A stretch of DNA of 64,000 nt, from assembly GCA_035625165.1 (NCBI GenBank), contig DASPQC010000003.1:2101-66100 (forward strand). Reading direction: 5' to 3'. The stretch is from Thermoplasmata archaeon. GTDB taxonomy: Archaea; Thermoplasmatota; Thermoplasmata; Lutacidiplasmatales; UBA184. The stretch's first letter is position 1. Every line of letters begins with the position of its first letter. This document shows positions 1-8,296 of the stretch, piece by piece. The notes under the pieces are model-generated. The model made no database searches, was not told the DNA's origin, and saw only the letters and a program-made list of their open reading frames with translations. The position numbers and the translations under genes were made by a program.

Positions 1-1155
1 TACCTGAGAAACGTCCTCGCGCTCGGCTACCTCGAGGTGGGCCTCCTCGTTGCCCTGACGGGGGTCCCACCGCTCCTCATCGTGCCGTTTGCCGGACTGC
101 TCACGGACCGCATCGGGCGGCGTCGTATCTTTCTCGCCGCCCTCGTCGGCGAGGCCGTCGCGATCCTCGGCCTCGCCGGGGCGATGCACGCCCGCTCGCT
201 TCTCGGGGTGCTCGGACTCGCAACGACCGTCTCGGTGGTGGGGACGATCGCCGGCCCGGCGATCTCGGCCTACGTCGCGGACTTCGTTCAGGGGTCGGAC
301 CGGACGATGGGCTACACATGGGTCCGGGTCGGATGGAACGTCGGGTTCACGATCGGGGTGTTCGCGGGAGGTGCCCTCATCGGATGGTTCGGGTTCGTCC
401 CCGTCGCCCTCGGCGCGGGAGGAGTCCTCCTCGGGGGCACGGGGTTCCTCGCGGCCTTCCTCGACCCGTCACCGTACGACCTCTCTCGCGTCAAGACCCT
501 CGCCGGGGCCTCCGCGGGTCCCGCCCGGACCGGATCGGTCCGCCGAACCATCTCCGTCCTCTCCCGAGACCGCCCCTTCCTCGCGTTGTGCGGAGCGGTC
601 GCATTGGCCGAGCTCACGGTCGGCCAGTGGGGGACGATCTTCCCGCTCTACGTCAACACGGTGCTCGGAATCCCCTACAGCATTCTGGGCGCCGGACTCG
701 CGCTCAACGGGCTCGTGGTCGTCTTCGGACAGGCGCCGATGACCCGCGCCTCGCTGGGCACCCGCCACACCACGCTGTTCGTCGTCGGGCTCGCGCTCTA
801 CGCGGGCGGCTTCCTCCTCTTCGGAGTCGTCGGTCAGTTCGCTCTGGCCGTCGTCCCCGCATTCTTCGTGGTCGTCTTCATTCTCACGCTCGGTGAGAAC
901 TTCGGGTCGATCCCGAGCACCACCCTCCCGTCGAACCTCGCGCCGCCGACCGAGATCGGCGCGTACAACGGGGTGTTCGCGGCCATCGTCGGCACCGGTT
1001 ACCTGCTTTCGACCGCCCTCGGAGGCGCGGTGATCGCCCTGACGCCGAGCCCGATGATGGTGTGGGGGATTCTGGTCGCCCCGTCGGTGCCGGCGGGCGC
1101 CATCCTGACCCTCTACGTCGCACCGCGGATTCGTGCGGGGGCGAATCGGGCCTGA
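1..1155 (+). CDS. MFS transporter (5' end outside window)
   Basis: The reading frame is open to the window edge. It has about 10 hydrophobic spans. 'GLLTDRIGRRRIF' matches MFS motif A (D-R-x-G-R-R) between TM2 and TM3. Confidence 0.8.
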   Translation, partial: YLRNVLALGYLEVGLLVALTGVPPLLIVPFAGLLTDRIGRRRIFLAALVGEAVAILGLAGAMHARSLLGVLGLATTVSVVGTIAGPAISAYVADFVQGSDRTMGYTWVRVGWNVGFTIGVFAGGALIGWFGFVPVALGAGGVLLGGTGFLAAFLDPSPYDLSRVKTLAGASAGPARTGSVRRTISVLSRDRPFLALCGAVALAELTVGQWGTIFPLYVNTVLGIPYSILGAGLALNGLVVVFGQAPMTRASLGTRHTTLFVVGLALYAGGFLLFGVVGQFALAVVPAFFVVVFILTLGENFGSIPSTTLPSNLAPPTEIGAYNGVFAAIVGTGYLLSTALGGAVIALTPSPMMVWGILVAPSVPAGAILTLYVAPRIRAGANRA

Positions 1156-1176
1156 ATCCTCGGCGGGCGAGTCGCG

Positions 1177-2076
1177 CTACGTGAACTCCTCGCGCTCGAA
1201 CAGGAAGAGACCGGCGATGGCGCTCAGGATGAAGTAGCCGGCCATGATCACCAGCCCCTCCGGGTACGTGGGGTTGTAGGTGGTCGAGGTCGTCGTCCCG
1301 CCGCGCGGCCCGGTCGTCGTCACCGTCGTGACGTGCGGGGGCAGGGTCTGGAGGAACGGGTAGGTGATCGTGATCCGCGCGTAGTCGATGATGAACCAGG
1401 GCTCGATCTTGACGAGCGCGATGATCAGCTCCTCCACCAGGGTGAAGCCGAACAGGAACAGGATCGCGACCACGAGGACCGCGTAGAGGCTGTTCTTGAA
1501 CAGCGAGCTGAAGAGGAATACGGCCCCGAGGAGCGCGAGCAGGTAGAGCAGCGCGATCGCGAACGATTCGAGGAGCGCGACGGGGAAGAACCCGGTCCCG
1601 AGGTAGACCGCGCCGTTGGCCACCAAGATAACCAGATAGACCACCATCGCGACCACGGAGGCTCCGAGCGCGGCCAGGAACTTTCCCGCGTAGACGGTCG
1701 TCCGTCGGATCGGCAGTCCCATCAGGAAGTAGCCGGTCTTGTTCTGGAACTCGCCCGCGATCGCGTCGCCGCCGAAGATGATTCCCGCGAAGATGATCAC
1801 GACGTAGACCCCGCCGCCCCAGAGCGACCCGTAGAACGCGTCGGCGCTCGAGGTCAGCCCCGAGACCGTCGCCGTTCCGTGGAAGTACGCGAGAATGAAC
1901 GAGAGGATGGCGCCGATGGCCGCGACGATGATCATCATCAGGATGAACCGTCGCGACCGCAGGTAATCGCGGAGCTGGTAGCGGGAGAGGAGGAGGGCCT
2001 GCTGCCAGGTCCCGGGGACCACCGCGGAGGTCCCTCCGGTCATCGGACCGGGGATGGTTCGGGTCGGCGTCGCCAT
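1177..2076 (-). CDS. ABC-2 type transporter permease
   Basis: 299-aa polytopic membrane ORF with about 6 hydrophobic spans. It starts 3 nt downstream of the ABC ATPase gene on the same strand. Confidence 0.7.
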   Translation of the reverse strand: MATPTRTIPGPMTGGTSAVVPGTWQQALLLSRYQLRDYLRSRRFILMMIIVAAIGAILSFILAYFHGTATVSGLTSSADAFYGSLWGGGVYVVIIFAGIIFGGDAIAGEFQNKTGYFLMGLPIRRTTVYAGKFLAALGASVVAMVVYLVILVANGAVYLGTGFFPVALLESFAIALLYLLALLGAVFLFSSLFKNSLYAVLVVAILFLFGFTLVEELIIALVKIEPWFIIDYARITITYPFLQTLPPHVTTVTTTGPRGGTTTSTTYNPTYPEGLVIMAGYFILSAIAGLFLFEREEFT

Positions 2077-2079
2077 TCT

Positions 2080-3024
2080 TCAGTCCCCCTTCGAGATCTC
2101 CTGGAGGTAGAGTTCTTCGAGGGCGCTCTGGGAGGGCTCGAAACTCACGAGGCCGAGGTGGGCGGCCGCCAACTGCTCGAGCACCTGCGCCTGGCCCGCA
2201 GCTCCCCCCGAGATCATCACTCGAGCCCTTTGCGGGCCGGCGCGCGACACGCTCGAAATGCCGGAAATCTTGCCTACCCGGGTGGCCAGGGTCTCATCGC
2301 TCACGGGCCCGAGGAAGGTGAGGTCCACCGAAGTGGAGTTCGCGTTGAGGCGTTTCGAGACGTTCGCAAGCGTGTCGTAGAACAAGAGCTTCCCGCGGTC
2401 GATCAGCGCGACCTCGTCGCACACGTCGACGACCTCGCTCAGGATGTGGCTGCTCATGAAGACGAGGCGATTCTCCTTCTTGAGCCCGCGCACGATGTTC
2501 CGTACCTCGGCCATCCCCCGGGGGTCGAGTCCGGTGCTTGGTTCGTCGAGGATGACGACCTCAGGGTCGGAGAGGAGCGCCGCCGCGATGTTCACTCGCT
2601 GCTTCATCCCCTTCGAGAACCGGCCGACCTTCTGCGTGGCCCACTCGGACATCTTGACCTCGTCGAGCACGGTCGCGGCTCGCGAGGCAATCGCGTCCGG
2701 CGGCATTCCACGGAGGGCCCCGATCATTTCCATCGCCTCGAGCGGGGTGAGAGCCGGGTAGATCTCGGGAGATTCGATGAGGTCACCGCACACCGAGAGC
2801 GCGTTCTTTCGGTCCTCCTGGACCGAGATCCCGTTGATGAACGCCTCGCCCTCGGTGGGGAAGATGAGGTCGGTGAACATCTTCAGGGTGGTGGTCTTCC
2901 CGGCGCCGTTCGGGCCGAGGAAGCCGACGCACTTCGCGCCGTCCACTTTGAGGTTCAGGTGGTCGAGGGCGGTGAACGACCCGAACCGCTTCGTTAGACG
3001 GACCGCTTCGAGGCTCGGAGTCAT
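2080..3024 (-). CDS. ABC transporter ATP-binding protein
   Basis: Walker A GPNGAGKTT, signature-like FSKGMKQR, Walker B VVILDEPSTGLD, H-loop SSHIL. Start set at ATG 3024 (MTPSLEAVRLTKRFG). The longer track ORF (to 3294) looks like upstream read-through. Confidence 0.9.
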   Translation of the reverse strand: MTPSLEAVRLTKRFGSFTALDHLNLKVDGAKCVGFLGPNGAGKTTTLKMFTDLIFPTEGEAFINGISVQEDRKNALSVCGDLIESPEIYPALTPLEAMEMIGALRGMPPDAIASRAATVLDEVKMSEWATQKVGRFSKGMKQRVNIAAALLSDPEVVILDEPSTGLDPRGMAEVRNIVRGLKKENRLVFMSSHILSEVVDVCDEVALIDRGKLLFYDTLANVSKRLNANSTSVDLTFLGPVSDETLATRVGKISGISSVSRAGPQRARVMISGGAAGQAQVLEQLAAAHLGLVSFEPSQSALEELYLQEISKGD

Positions 3025-3077
3025 GAGTACCGGGTTCCGTTGGGACCGGGCAAGGCCGGGATTATAAGATGTGTTCC

Positions 3078-5189
3078 TTAGTGCGGAGGCGACGCACGCG
3101 GTCCGGTGCGCCGGGCCCTTCTCCGACCGCCGACCCAGCGCAGCGAGAGGGAGTTCGCCACGACGGCGGTCGATGAAAGGCCCATCGCGAGCGCGCCGGT
3201 AATCGGAAGCACCGAGTAGACGCCGAGCCCCCAAAGGGGAACGAGCGCGCCCATCGCTACCGGCAGGAGTATCGAGTTGTAGCCGATCGCCCACGTGAGG
3301 TTCCCGCGGACCTTGCGGACGGTCCGCCGTCCCAACCGGAGCGCGAGGGAGACTCCCCGAAGGTCCGACCGGAGGAGAATGACGCCGCCGGCTTCTCGCG
3401 CGACCTCCGTACCTGCGCCGATCGCGATACCGAGGTCGGCGGCAGCGAGGGCGGGGGCGTCGTTGATTCCGTCCCCGACGTAGGCGACGCGTCGCCCGCG
3501 AGCTTGGAATTCACGGATGAGGGCGAGCTTCCCTGGGGGGCTCACGCTGGCGTGGACCTCCCCGATACCGAGGGCCGCGGCGACCCTCTGGGCGGCGGCA
3601 GGGTGGTCTCCGGTGACCATGACGACCGGAAGCCCGTCCTCGGCGAGCGATCGCACGGCTTCGGCCGCTCCCGGCGCAATCTCGTCCGAGAATCCGAGCA
3701 GGCCGAGAGGCACCCCGCCGCGCAGAACGACCGAGCACGCCTTTCCGGCCGCGGTCAGCTGGTCGGCCACGGGTTGAACCGCACCGAGGTCGATGCCCTC
3801 CTCCTGAGCGGCGCGTTCGTTCAGCACGGCAATCGGGACTCCGTCCACCGACCCGCGAACCCCGCGACCGGGCTCCGAGCGGACCGCAACCGCCGGAGGA
3901 ACGGCGAGCTCACGCCTCGCCGCGGCCTCCGCGACCGCCCTCGAGTACGGATGCTCGGAGCCGGCCTCTACGGCGGCGGCCGTCGAGAGCAATTCCTCGG
4001 CAGAGGTGCGGCCGAAAGGCACGACATCGCTCAGCGAGGGTCGACCGCGAGTGAGCGTGCCGGTCTTGTCCATCAGGACGAGGTCTACGCGGTTCGCCCG
4101 CTCGATCGAGTCCTTTCCCTTGAACAGAATCCCTTCTTCAGCGGCCCGTCCCGTTCCCACCACGATCGCGGCGGGCGTGGCGATGCCAAAGGCACACGGG
4201 CAGGCCGTGATCGCCACCGAGACGAACACCAGCAGCGCGATGGTGAGGCCGGTACCCGCGACGAACCATCCGACCGCAGCGACGGCTGCGAGGAGAAACA
4301 CCACGGGGACGAAGGTAGCCGCGATCCGGTCGGCCAACTGCTGGAGCGGCACGCGGCTCGTCTCGGCCTCCGTGACTAGCTGACCGATCTGGGCGAGCAC
4401 CGAGTCCTCCCCAACGTTCGTCGCCTCGACCCAGAGGAACCCTTCACCGTTGACCGCGCCGGCGACCACCGGGTCGCCCGGGCCCCTCAGGACCGGGAGG
4501 CTCTCCCCGGTGATCAGGGCCTCGTTCACCGTCGAACGCCCATCCCTCACGACTCCGTCCGCCGGGAATCGACCCCCCGGTAGGATGCGACAACGGTCGC
4601 CGGGTCGGACCTCGGCCACCGGGACCTCGAGCTCCCGGCCGTCCCGGAGCACCGTCGCCGTCGACGGAAGGAGTTCGCTCAGCGCGCGCAGCGCCCCCCG
4701 GGCTCGCTCGCGGGTCAGATGTTCCAGGTAGTTTCCCGTGAGGATCAGGGTCACGATGAGCGCGGAGGCGTCAAAGTAGAGCGTCGGCGGCAGACGCCCA
4801 GGTAGGAACAGCACGGCGACGCTGTAGCCGTAGGCCACCGAGGTACCGACGGCGATGAGGACGTCCATGTTCCACGATCGATTCCGGACCGCGTCCCGAG
4901 TGCTCGCGAAGAACTGTAGACCGGGGTAGAACTCGACGATCGTCGCGAGGACCAGGACGATCCATGCGTCCCCCGGGATACGGACCAGGTAGGTCAGAAC
5001 GAGAATGGCGACGGAAGCGGTCCACGCGACCGCGAGCTTGAGACGAAGGCCGCGGAGCTCGCGCTCGGGCTCCGCGAACTCCCGAAGACAGTGGCTCGAG
5101 CAGAAGAAGTAGGTGCGGTTCTCGCGGACGAGCTTGAGTTCGGCGGATTGCTCGTCGACAAACATCCCGCAGACCGGGTCGGTCGCCAT
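3078..5189 (-). CDS. copA: Copper-translocating P1B-type ATPase with N-terminal YHS/TRASH metal-binding domain
   Basis: N-terminus MATDPVCGMFV...YFFCSSHC (YHS/TRASH), membrane CPC motif (ITACPCAFG), phosphorylation site DKTGTLT, hinge GDGINDAP. Start set at ATG 5189. Confidence 0.9.
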   Translation of the reverse strand: MATDPVCGMFVDEQSAELKLVRENRTYFFCSSHCLREFAEPERELRGLRLKLAVAWTASVAILVLTYLVRIPGDAWIVLVLATIVEFYPGLQFFASTRDAVRNRSWNMDVLIAVGTSVAYGYSVAVLFLPGRLPPTLYFDASALIVTLILTGNYLEHLTRERARGALRALSELLPSTATVLRDGRELEVPVAEVRPGDRCRILPGGRFPADGVVRDGRSTVNEALITGESLPVLRGPGDPVVAGAVNGEGFLWVEATNVGEDSVLAQIGQLVTEAETSRVPLQQLADRIAATFVPVVFLLAAVAAVGWFVAGTGLTIALLVFVSVAITACPCAFGIATPAAIVVGTGRAAEEGILFKGKDSIERANRVDLVLMDKTGTLTRGRPSLSDVVPFGRTSAEELLSTAAAVEAGSEHPYSRAVAEAAARRELAVPPAVAVRSEPGRGVRGSVDGVPIAVLNERAAQEEGIDLGAVQPVADQLTAAGKACSVVLRGGVPLGLLGFSDEIAPGAAEAVRSLAEDGLPVVMVTGDHPAAAQRVAAALGIGEVHASVSPPGKLALIREFQARGRRVAYVGDGINDAPALAAADLGIAIGAGTEVAREAGGVILLRSDLRGVSLALRLGRRTVRKVRGNLTWAIGYNSILLPVAMGALVPLWGLGVYSVLPITGALAMGLSSTAVVANSLSLRWVGGRRRARRTGPRASPPH

Positions 5190-5230
5190 CGCTCTCTGGG
5201 CCGGCCCAAGGCGGGGGCCGAACCGCCCCC

Positions 5231-5377
5231 TCAGGCCCCCGCCGCGGGGAACTTCTTCTCGTAGGTGGTCTTGCACCCGACGGAGCAGAAGTAGACCGTC
5301 TGGCCGCCGTAGGTCCCCTTCGCCGCCGCCCGCGTGTCCTCGATCGTCATCCCGCAGACTGGGTCTTTGACCTTCAT
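5231..5377 (-). CDS. Small YHS/TRASH-domain protein (putative copper metallochaperone), 48 aa, absent from the ORF track
   Basis: My own translation of the minus strand gives MKVKDPVCGMTIEDTRAAAKGTYGGQTVYFCSVGCKTTYEKKFPAAGA*. It shares the DPVCGM...YFCS..C pattern with the CopA N-terminus. It lies 41 nt upstream of copA on the same strand, with a TATA-like AATATA about 25 nt upstream. Confidence 0.6.
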   Translation of the reverse strand: MKVKDPVCGMTIEDTRAAAKGTYGGQTVYFCSVGCKTTYEKKFPAAGA

Positions 5378-5399
5378 CGGGAGCGCGAGCCCCTCGAGC

Positions 5400-5405
5400 A
5401 ATATA
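5400..5405 (-). promoter_or_regulatory. TATA-like box (AATATA/TATATT) for the YHS-copA unit
   Basis: AT-rich hexamer in a GC-rich context, centred about 25 nt upstream of ATG 5377. This geometry fits a leaderless archaeal transcript. Confidence 0.35.
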
Positions 5406-5528
5406 GGATGCTCGTCACGAAGGGATTCCTTGCGTCCCGAGTGGGCCGCTTCGCGGCCGATCGGGCGGGTCGATTCCTGGCGGATTCGGGCTCGCTAGCT
5501 CAAATGCGGGGTTCGCTCAGGGAACCCC

Positions 5529-5855
5529 ATGGTCCTCGAGCTTTCGCCAGAAGCGGTCGCCGACCGGATGGCGAAGGACGCTGCGCGCGTGCTGCTCCTC
5601 GACGTCCGCGAGCCCTTCGAGCGCCGTCTTGCGGTCATCGAGCCGTCGGTCCACATTCCGATGGGAGAGCTCCCGATGCGGGTGGACGAGCTTCCCCGCG
5701 ATCGGGACCTCATCGTCTACTGTCACACCGGGATTCGGTCGGCCGTCGTGGCGGGGTTCTTGGAGAGCCGAGGGTTCGCCTCGGTGGCGAACCTCGAGGG
5801 CGGGATCGACGCATGGTCGGTGGTTGTGGACCCAGACGTGCCGAGATACTGGTGA
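5529..5855 (+). CDS. Rhodanese-domain sulfurtransferase
   Basis: 108-aa single rhodanese domain with the active-site loop CHTGIRS. 'LLDVREPFE' is typical of the N-terminal strand. Confidence 0.8.
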   Translation: MVLELSPEAVADRMAKDAARVLLLDVREPFERRLAVIEPSVHIPMGELPMRVDELPRDRDLIVYCHTGIRSAVVAGFLESRGFASVANLEGGIDAWSVVVDPDVPRYW

Positions 5856-5874
5856 GCCCGCGCCTCCGTCGTGC

Positions 5875-6225
5875 CTATCGGCCGGCGGGTCGGCGGGAGC
5901 GTCCCCTCGACTCGGCCGGCTCGAGGACTTCAACGTACCCCCGCATCTTCCAGTACGTGTCGAGGAACTCCTGCCCGCGGGCGGTGATGTCGTAGACAGG
6001 CCGCCCGTCTGATTCCTCGCTCCGGAGAAGCCCCAGCTGAAGCAGGCGCTCGATGAAGCCGCGCAGCCGGTCGACCGGCATCCCGGCGCCGTACGACACG
6101 CGGGTGATCCGTGCCGCCCCGTGGTAGCGCTTCACGACCTCGAGGACCGTGGCGTAGAGGTCCGTCACCTCCCGCCGGCGCGGCCCTCGGCCGCGGCCGT
6201 CCGCCCCCTCGTTGAGCATCGTCAC
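5875..6225 (-). CDS. Winged-helix (HTH_45/COG3432-like) DNA-binding protein
   Basis: 116 aa. The pattern ...ARITRVSYGAGMPVDRLRGFIERLLQLGLLRSEE..YDITARGQEFL matches small archaeal wHTH regulators. It starts 8 nt after the stop of the beta-helix gene. Confidence 0.6.
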   Translation of the reverse strand: MTMLNEGADGRGRGPRRREVTDLYATVLEVVKRYHGAARITRVSYGAGMPVDRLRGFIERLLQLGLLRSEESDGRPVYDITARGQEFLDTYWKMRGYVEVLEPAESRGRSRRPAGR

Positions 6226-6233
6226 CTACCGGG

Positions 6234-7463
6234 CTAGAGGGGGGTCTTCGGCAGCTCGCTGACCTGTCGGGGAGGGCTCTTCACCTGGGCGCCGGAAGCG
6301 ATCTCGATGCGGTCGCGATAGACGACCTCCTCCGCCACCGCCTGCCGGTGGAGTCGGACGGTCGCTCCCACCACGCGGCGAGCGGTGGCGTGGTCTCCGA
6401 GCTCCACCTCCTCCCCGTAGATGTCCTCGACCTCGGCCCGGGAATCCACCCGGACTCTTCCACCGATGAGCGGCCCTACGACGCGACCCCTCCGACCGAC
6501 CTCGAGTTCGTCCGCCTTCAGGCCTTCCTGGGTCCGGATCTTTCCGCTCACCTCGGCGTGACGCGTGATCACGCCCCGCCGGGCCTCGAACTTGCCGCCG
6601 ATCTCGAGGGACCCTGAGGTGAGCAATCCACGGACGGTGAGCGACCCGCCCACTTCGATCGAGTCGGTCACGTCGAGCGACCCGCCGACCTCGAGCCGGC
6701 CTCCGACCTCCACCGATTCCCCCCGGCCGTTCCCTCGAATCTCTCCCAGTCCGCCGATCTCGAGATGGGTGAAGGCCAGGTCCTCGTCGGCACGGAACAT
6801 CCCCCCGACATCGATCGACCCTCCCCTCGAGGTCCGAGAGAGCTCGGCCACACCGCCGACATCGATCGAACCGAACTCGATCGGACCGTCCGCACGGAAG
6901 CGACCGCCGACGTCGACCTCCTTGCGGACGGTGCCACCGCCGATACGGACCGTTCCGCCGGCGGAGAGACCGTCGAGCTCGAAGTCGTGGATTTGGATCA
7001 TGCCCCCGGCTTCCACGGAACGGGCGGTCAGCTTTCCCTCCAGGAGGAATCGGCCCCCGACCGAAACCCGCTCGGCCGAGAGGGTCCCGTGCCCTTCGAG
7101 CGTCCCCCCGACGTCGAACGTTCGGGCGTCGGCCGCTCCGCCCACGTGGAGGCCGCGGTCCACATCCACGCGCCCGGCCTTCAGGTCTCGCGCGACGTGA
7201 ATCTCCGAATCGTCCCCATCCAGCGACTCTGCGACGCGGAGACTCCCGCGGATGTTGAGGTCGCCGTGGGATGCGGAGAGCGAACGGCAGTCGAGGTCGC
7301 CCGTGACCTCGGCGCTTCCGTCGAACTCGGCGTGGCCGGCGACCGTGACGGCGCCGTCGGCCTCGATCCGGGCGTTCTTTTCCACCCGGAGGTCCCCGTC
7401 CACGGCTCCCAGGCGGACCCGGCCTCCGCGGGGCACGTGCGTCTCGGTCATCGGAACGAGCAT
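6234..7463 (-). CDS. Beta-helix repeat protein, bactofilin-like (polymer-forming?)
   Basis: 409 aa, built almost entirely of ~17-residue repeats of the form (D/E)(V/I)GG(R/K/S)(F/L)x(A/V)xG (VGGRFLLEG, AGGMIQIHD, AGGTVRIGG, VGGRFRADG, VGGVAELSR, VGGMFRADE, IGGLGEIRG, VGGRLEVGG, VGGSLTVRG, IGGKFEARR...). Alternative start at ATG 7451. Confidence 0.7.
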   Translation of the reverse strand: MLVPMTETHVPRGGRVRLGAVDGDLRVEKNARIEADGAVTVAGHAEFDGSAEVTGDLDCRSLSASHGDLNIRGSLRVAESLDGDDSEIHVARDLKAGRVDVDRGLHVGGAADARTFDVGGTLEGHGTLSAERVSVGGRFLLEGKLTARSVEAGGMIQIHDFELDGLSAGGTVRIGGGTVRKEVDVGGRFRADGPIEFGSIDVGGVAELSRTSRGGSIDVGGMFRADEDLAFTHLEIGGLGEIRGNGRGESVEVGGRLEVGGSLDVTDSIEVGGSLTVRGLLTSGSLEIGGKFEARRGVITRHAEVSGKIRTQEGLKADELEVGRRGRVVGPLIGGRVRVDSRAEVEDIYGEEVELGDHATARRVVGATVRLHRQAVAEEVVYRDRIEIASGAQVKSPPRQVSELPKTPL

Positions 7464-7549
7464 TCCTCCCTCCTTCTATAGGGGTAGGTCACCGGGAGTG
7501 ACCACCGCTGGTCCCTTCCATCGACATCGATAAGGCAAGGACCCGGGTC

Positions 7550-8272
7550 GTGCTCCCAGTGACGGATTCGCTCGAACGCATCCGCTCGGAGGTTCTCGCC
7601 TGCTCGCGGTGCCCTCGCCTGGTCCGCTACCGCGAGCGAGTCGCTCGCGAGAAGAAGCGGGAGTTTCGAACCGAGGAGTACTGGGGTCGGCCGGTCCCGG
7701 GGTTCGGCGACCCCACGGCCCGCCTGGTCGTGGTCGGCCTCGCCCCGGCGGCCCACGGAGCGAACAGGACCGGCCGGGTCTTCACCGGAGATCGGTCGGC
7801 CGCCTTCCTCGTCCGCGCGTTCCACGCCGTCGGGTTCGCGAACCAGTCCACCTCGACCCATCGGGGAGACGGCCTCCGGTACTCCGACCTCTACCTCACG
7901 GCGGCCGTCCGATGTGTGCCTCCCGACAACCGCCCGCTGCCCGGCGAGCGGGCGCACTGCGCTCCGTTCCTCGAACGGGAGCTTCGCTGCTTAGCCGAAG
8001 CCCGGGCGATCCTCGCGCTCGGTGGGTTCGCCTGGGACGTCGTGCGGGAGGCGGCCTCCCGCGTGTACGGGGTCGGCCGACCGGCGACGCCGTTCTCCCA
8101 TGGGGCATGCGCAACCCTCGGACCCGGACGGCCGCTCCTGTGGGCGTCGTTCCACCCGAGTCCCCAGAACACCAACACCGGAAAGCTGACGGCTCCGATG
8201 CTGGTCGACCTGCTGCGCCGCATCCGCGCCTCCTACGAATCCACTCCCATGGTGAGTTCGCGCCATCCTTAA
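7550..8272 (+). CDS. Uracil-DNA glycosylase, family 4/5 (UdgB-like) with Fe-S cysteines
   Basis: CSRCPRL cysteines, GLAPAAHGANRTGRVFTGD motif, C-terminal FHPSPQN. An in-frame GTG at 7559 is an alternative start. Confidence 0.85.
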   Translation: MLPVTDSLERIRSEVLACSRCPRLVRYRERVAREKKREFRTEEYWGRPVPGFGDPTARLVVVGLAPAAHGANRTGRVFTGDRSAAFLVRAFHAVGFANQSTSTHRGDGLRYSDLYLTAAVRCVPPDNRPLPGERAHCAPFLERELRCLAEARAILALGGFAWDVVREAASRVYGVGRPATPFSHGACATLGPGRPLLWASFHPSPQNTNTGKLTAPMLVDLLRRIRASYESTPMVSSRHP

Positions 8273-8273
8273 T
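8269..8273 (+). promoter_or_regulatory. TATA-like element (CCTTAATCG) for tgtA
   Basis: The only AT-rich patch between the genes, centred about 26 nt upstream of ATG 8297. It overlaps the TAA stop of the UDG gene. Confidence 0.35.
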
Positions 8274-8296
8274 CGCCCCCGACCGCTCAGGGTCCG

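Noticed and set aside
1333-2997. Very long ORFs antisense to, or out of frame with, recognisable genes. Examples are 1333-2997, 8764-10260, 8942-10183, 22368-23999, 23681-25306, 25508-27778, 28772-30733, 31957-33333, 54427-56256, 57833-59956, 59470-61455, 59733-61544 and 61172-62515.
   Set aside because: Their translations are Arg/Pro/Gly/Asp-rich low-complexity strings with no motifs. Each overlaps a gene with clear family signatures on the other strand or frame. This is the typical stop-codon-poor shadow-ORF effect of very high GC.
6234-7463. The ~51-bp periodicity in this stretch as a DNA-level tandem repeat or CRISPR-like array.
   Set aside because: The periodicity is at the protein level (17-residue beta-helix turns), and the nucleotide units are highly diverged. 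There are no identical direct repeats or unique spacers, and the region is one intact ORF.
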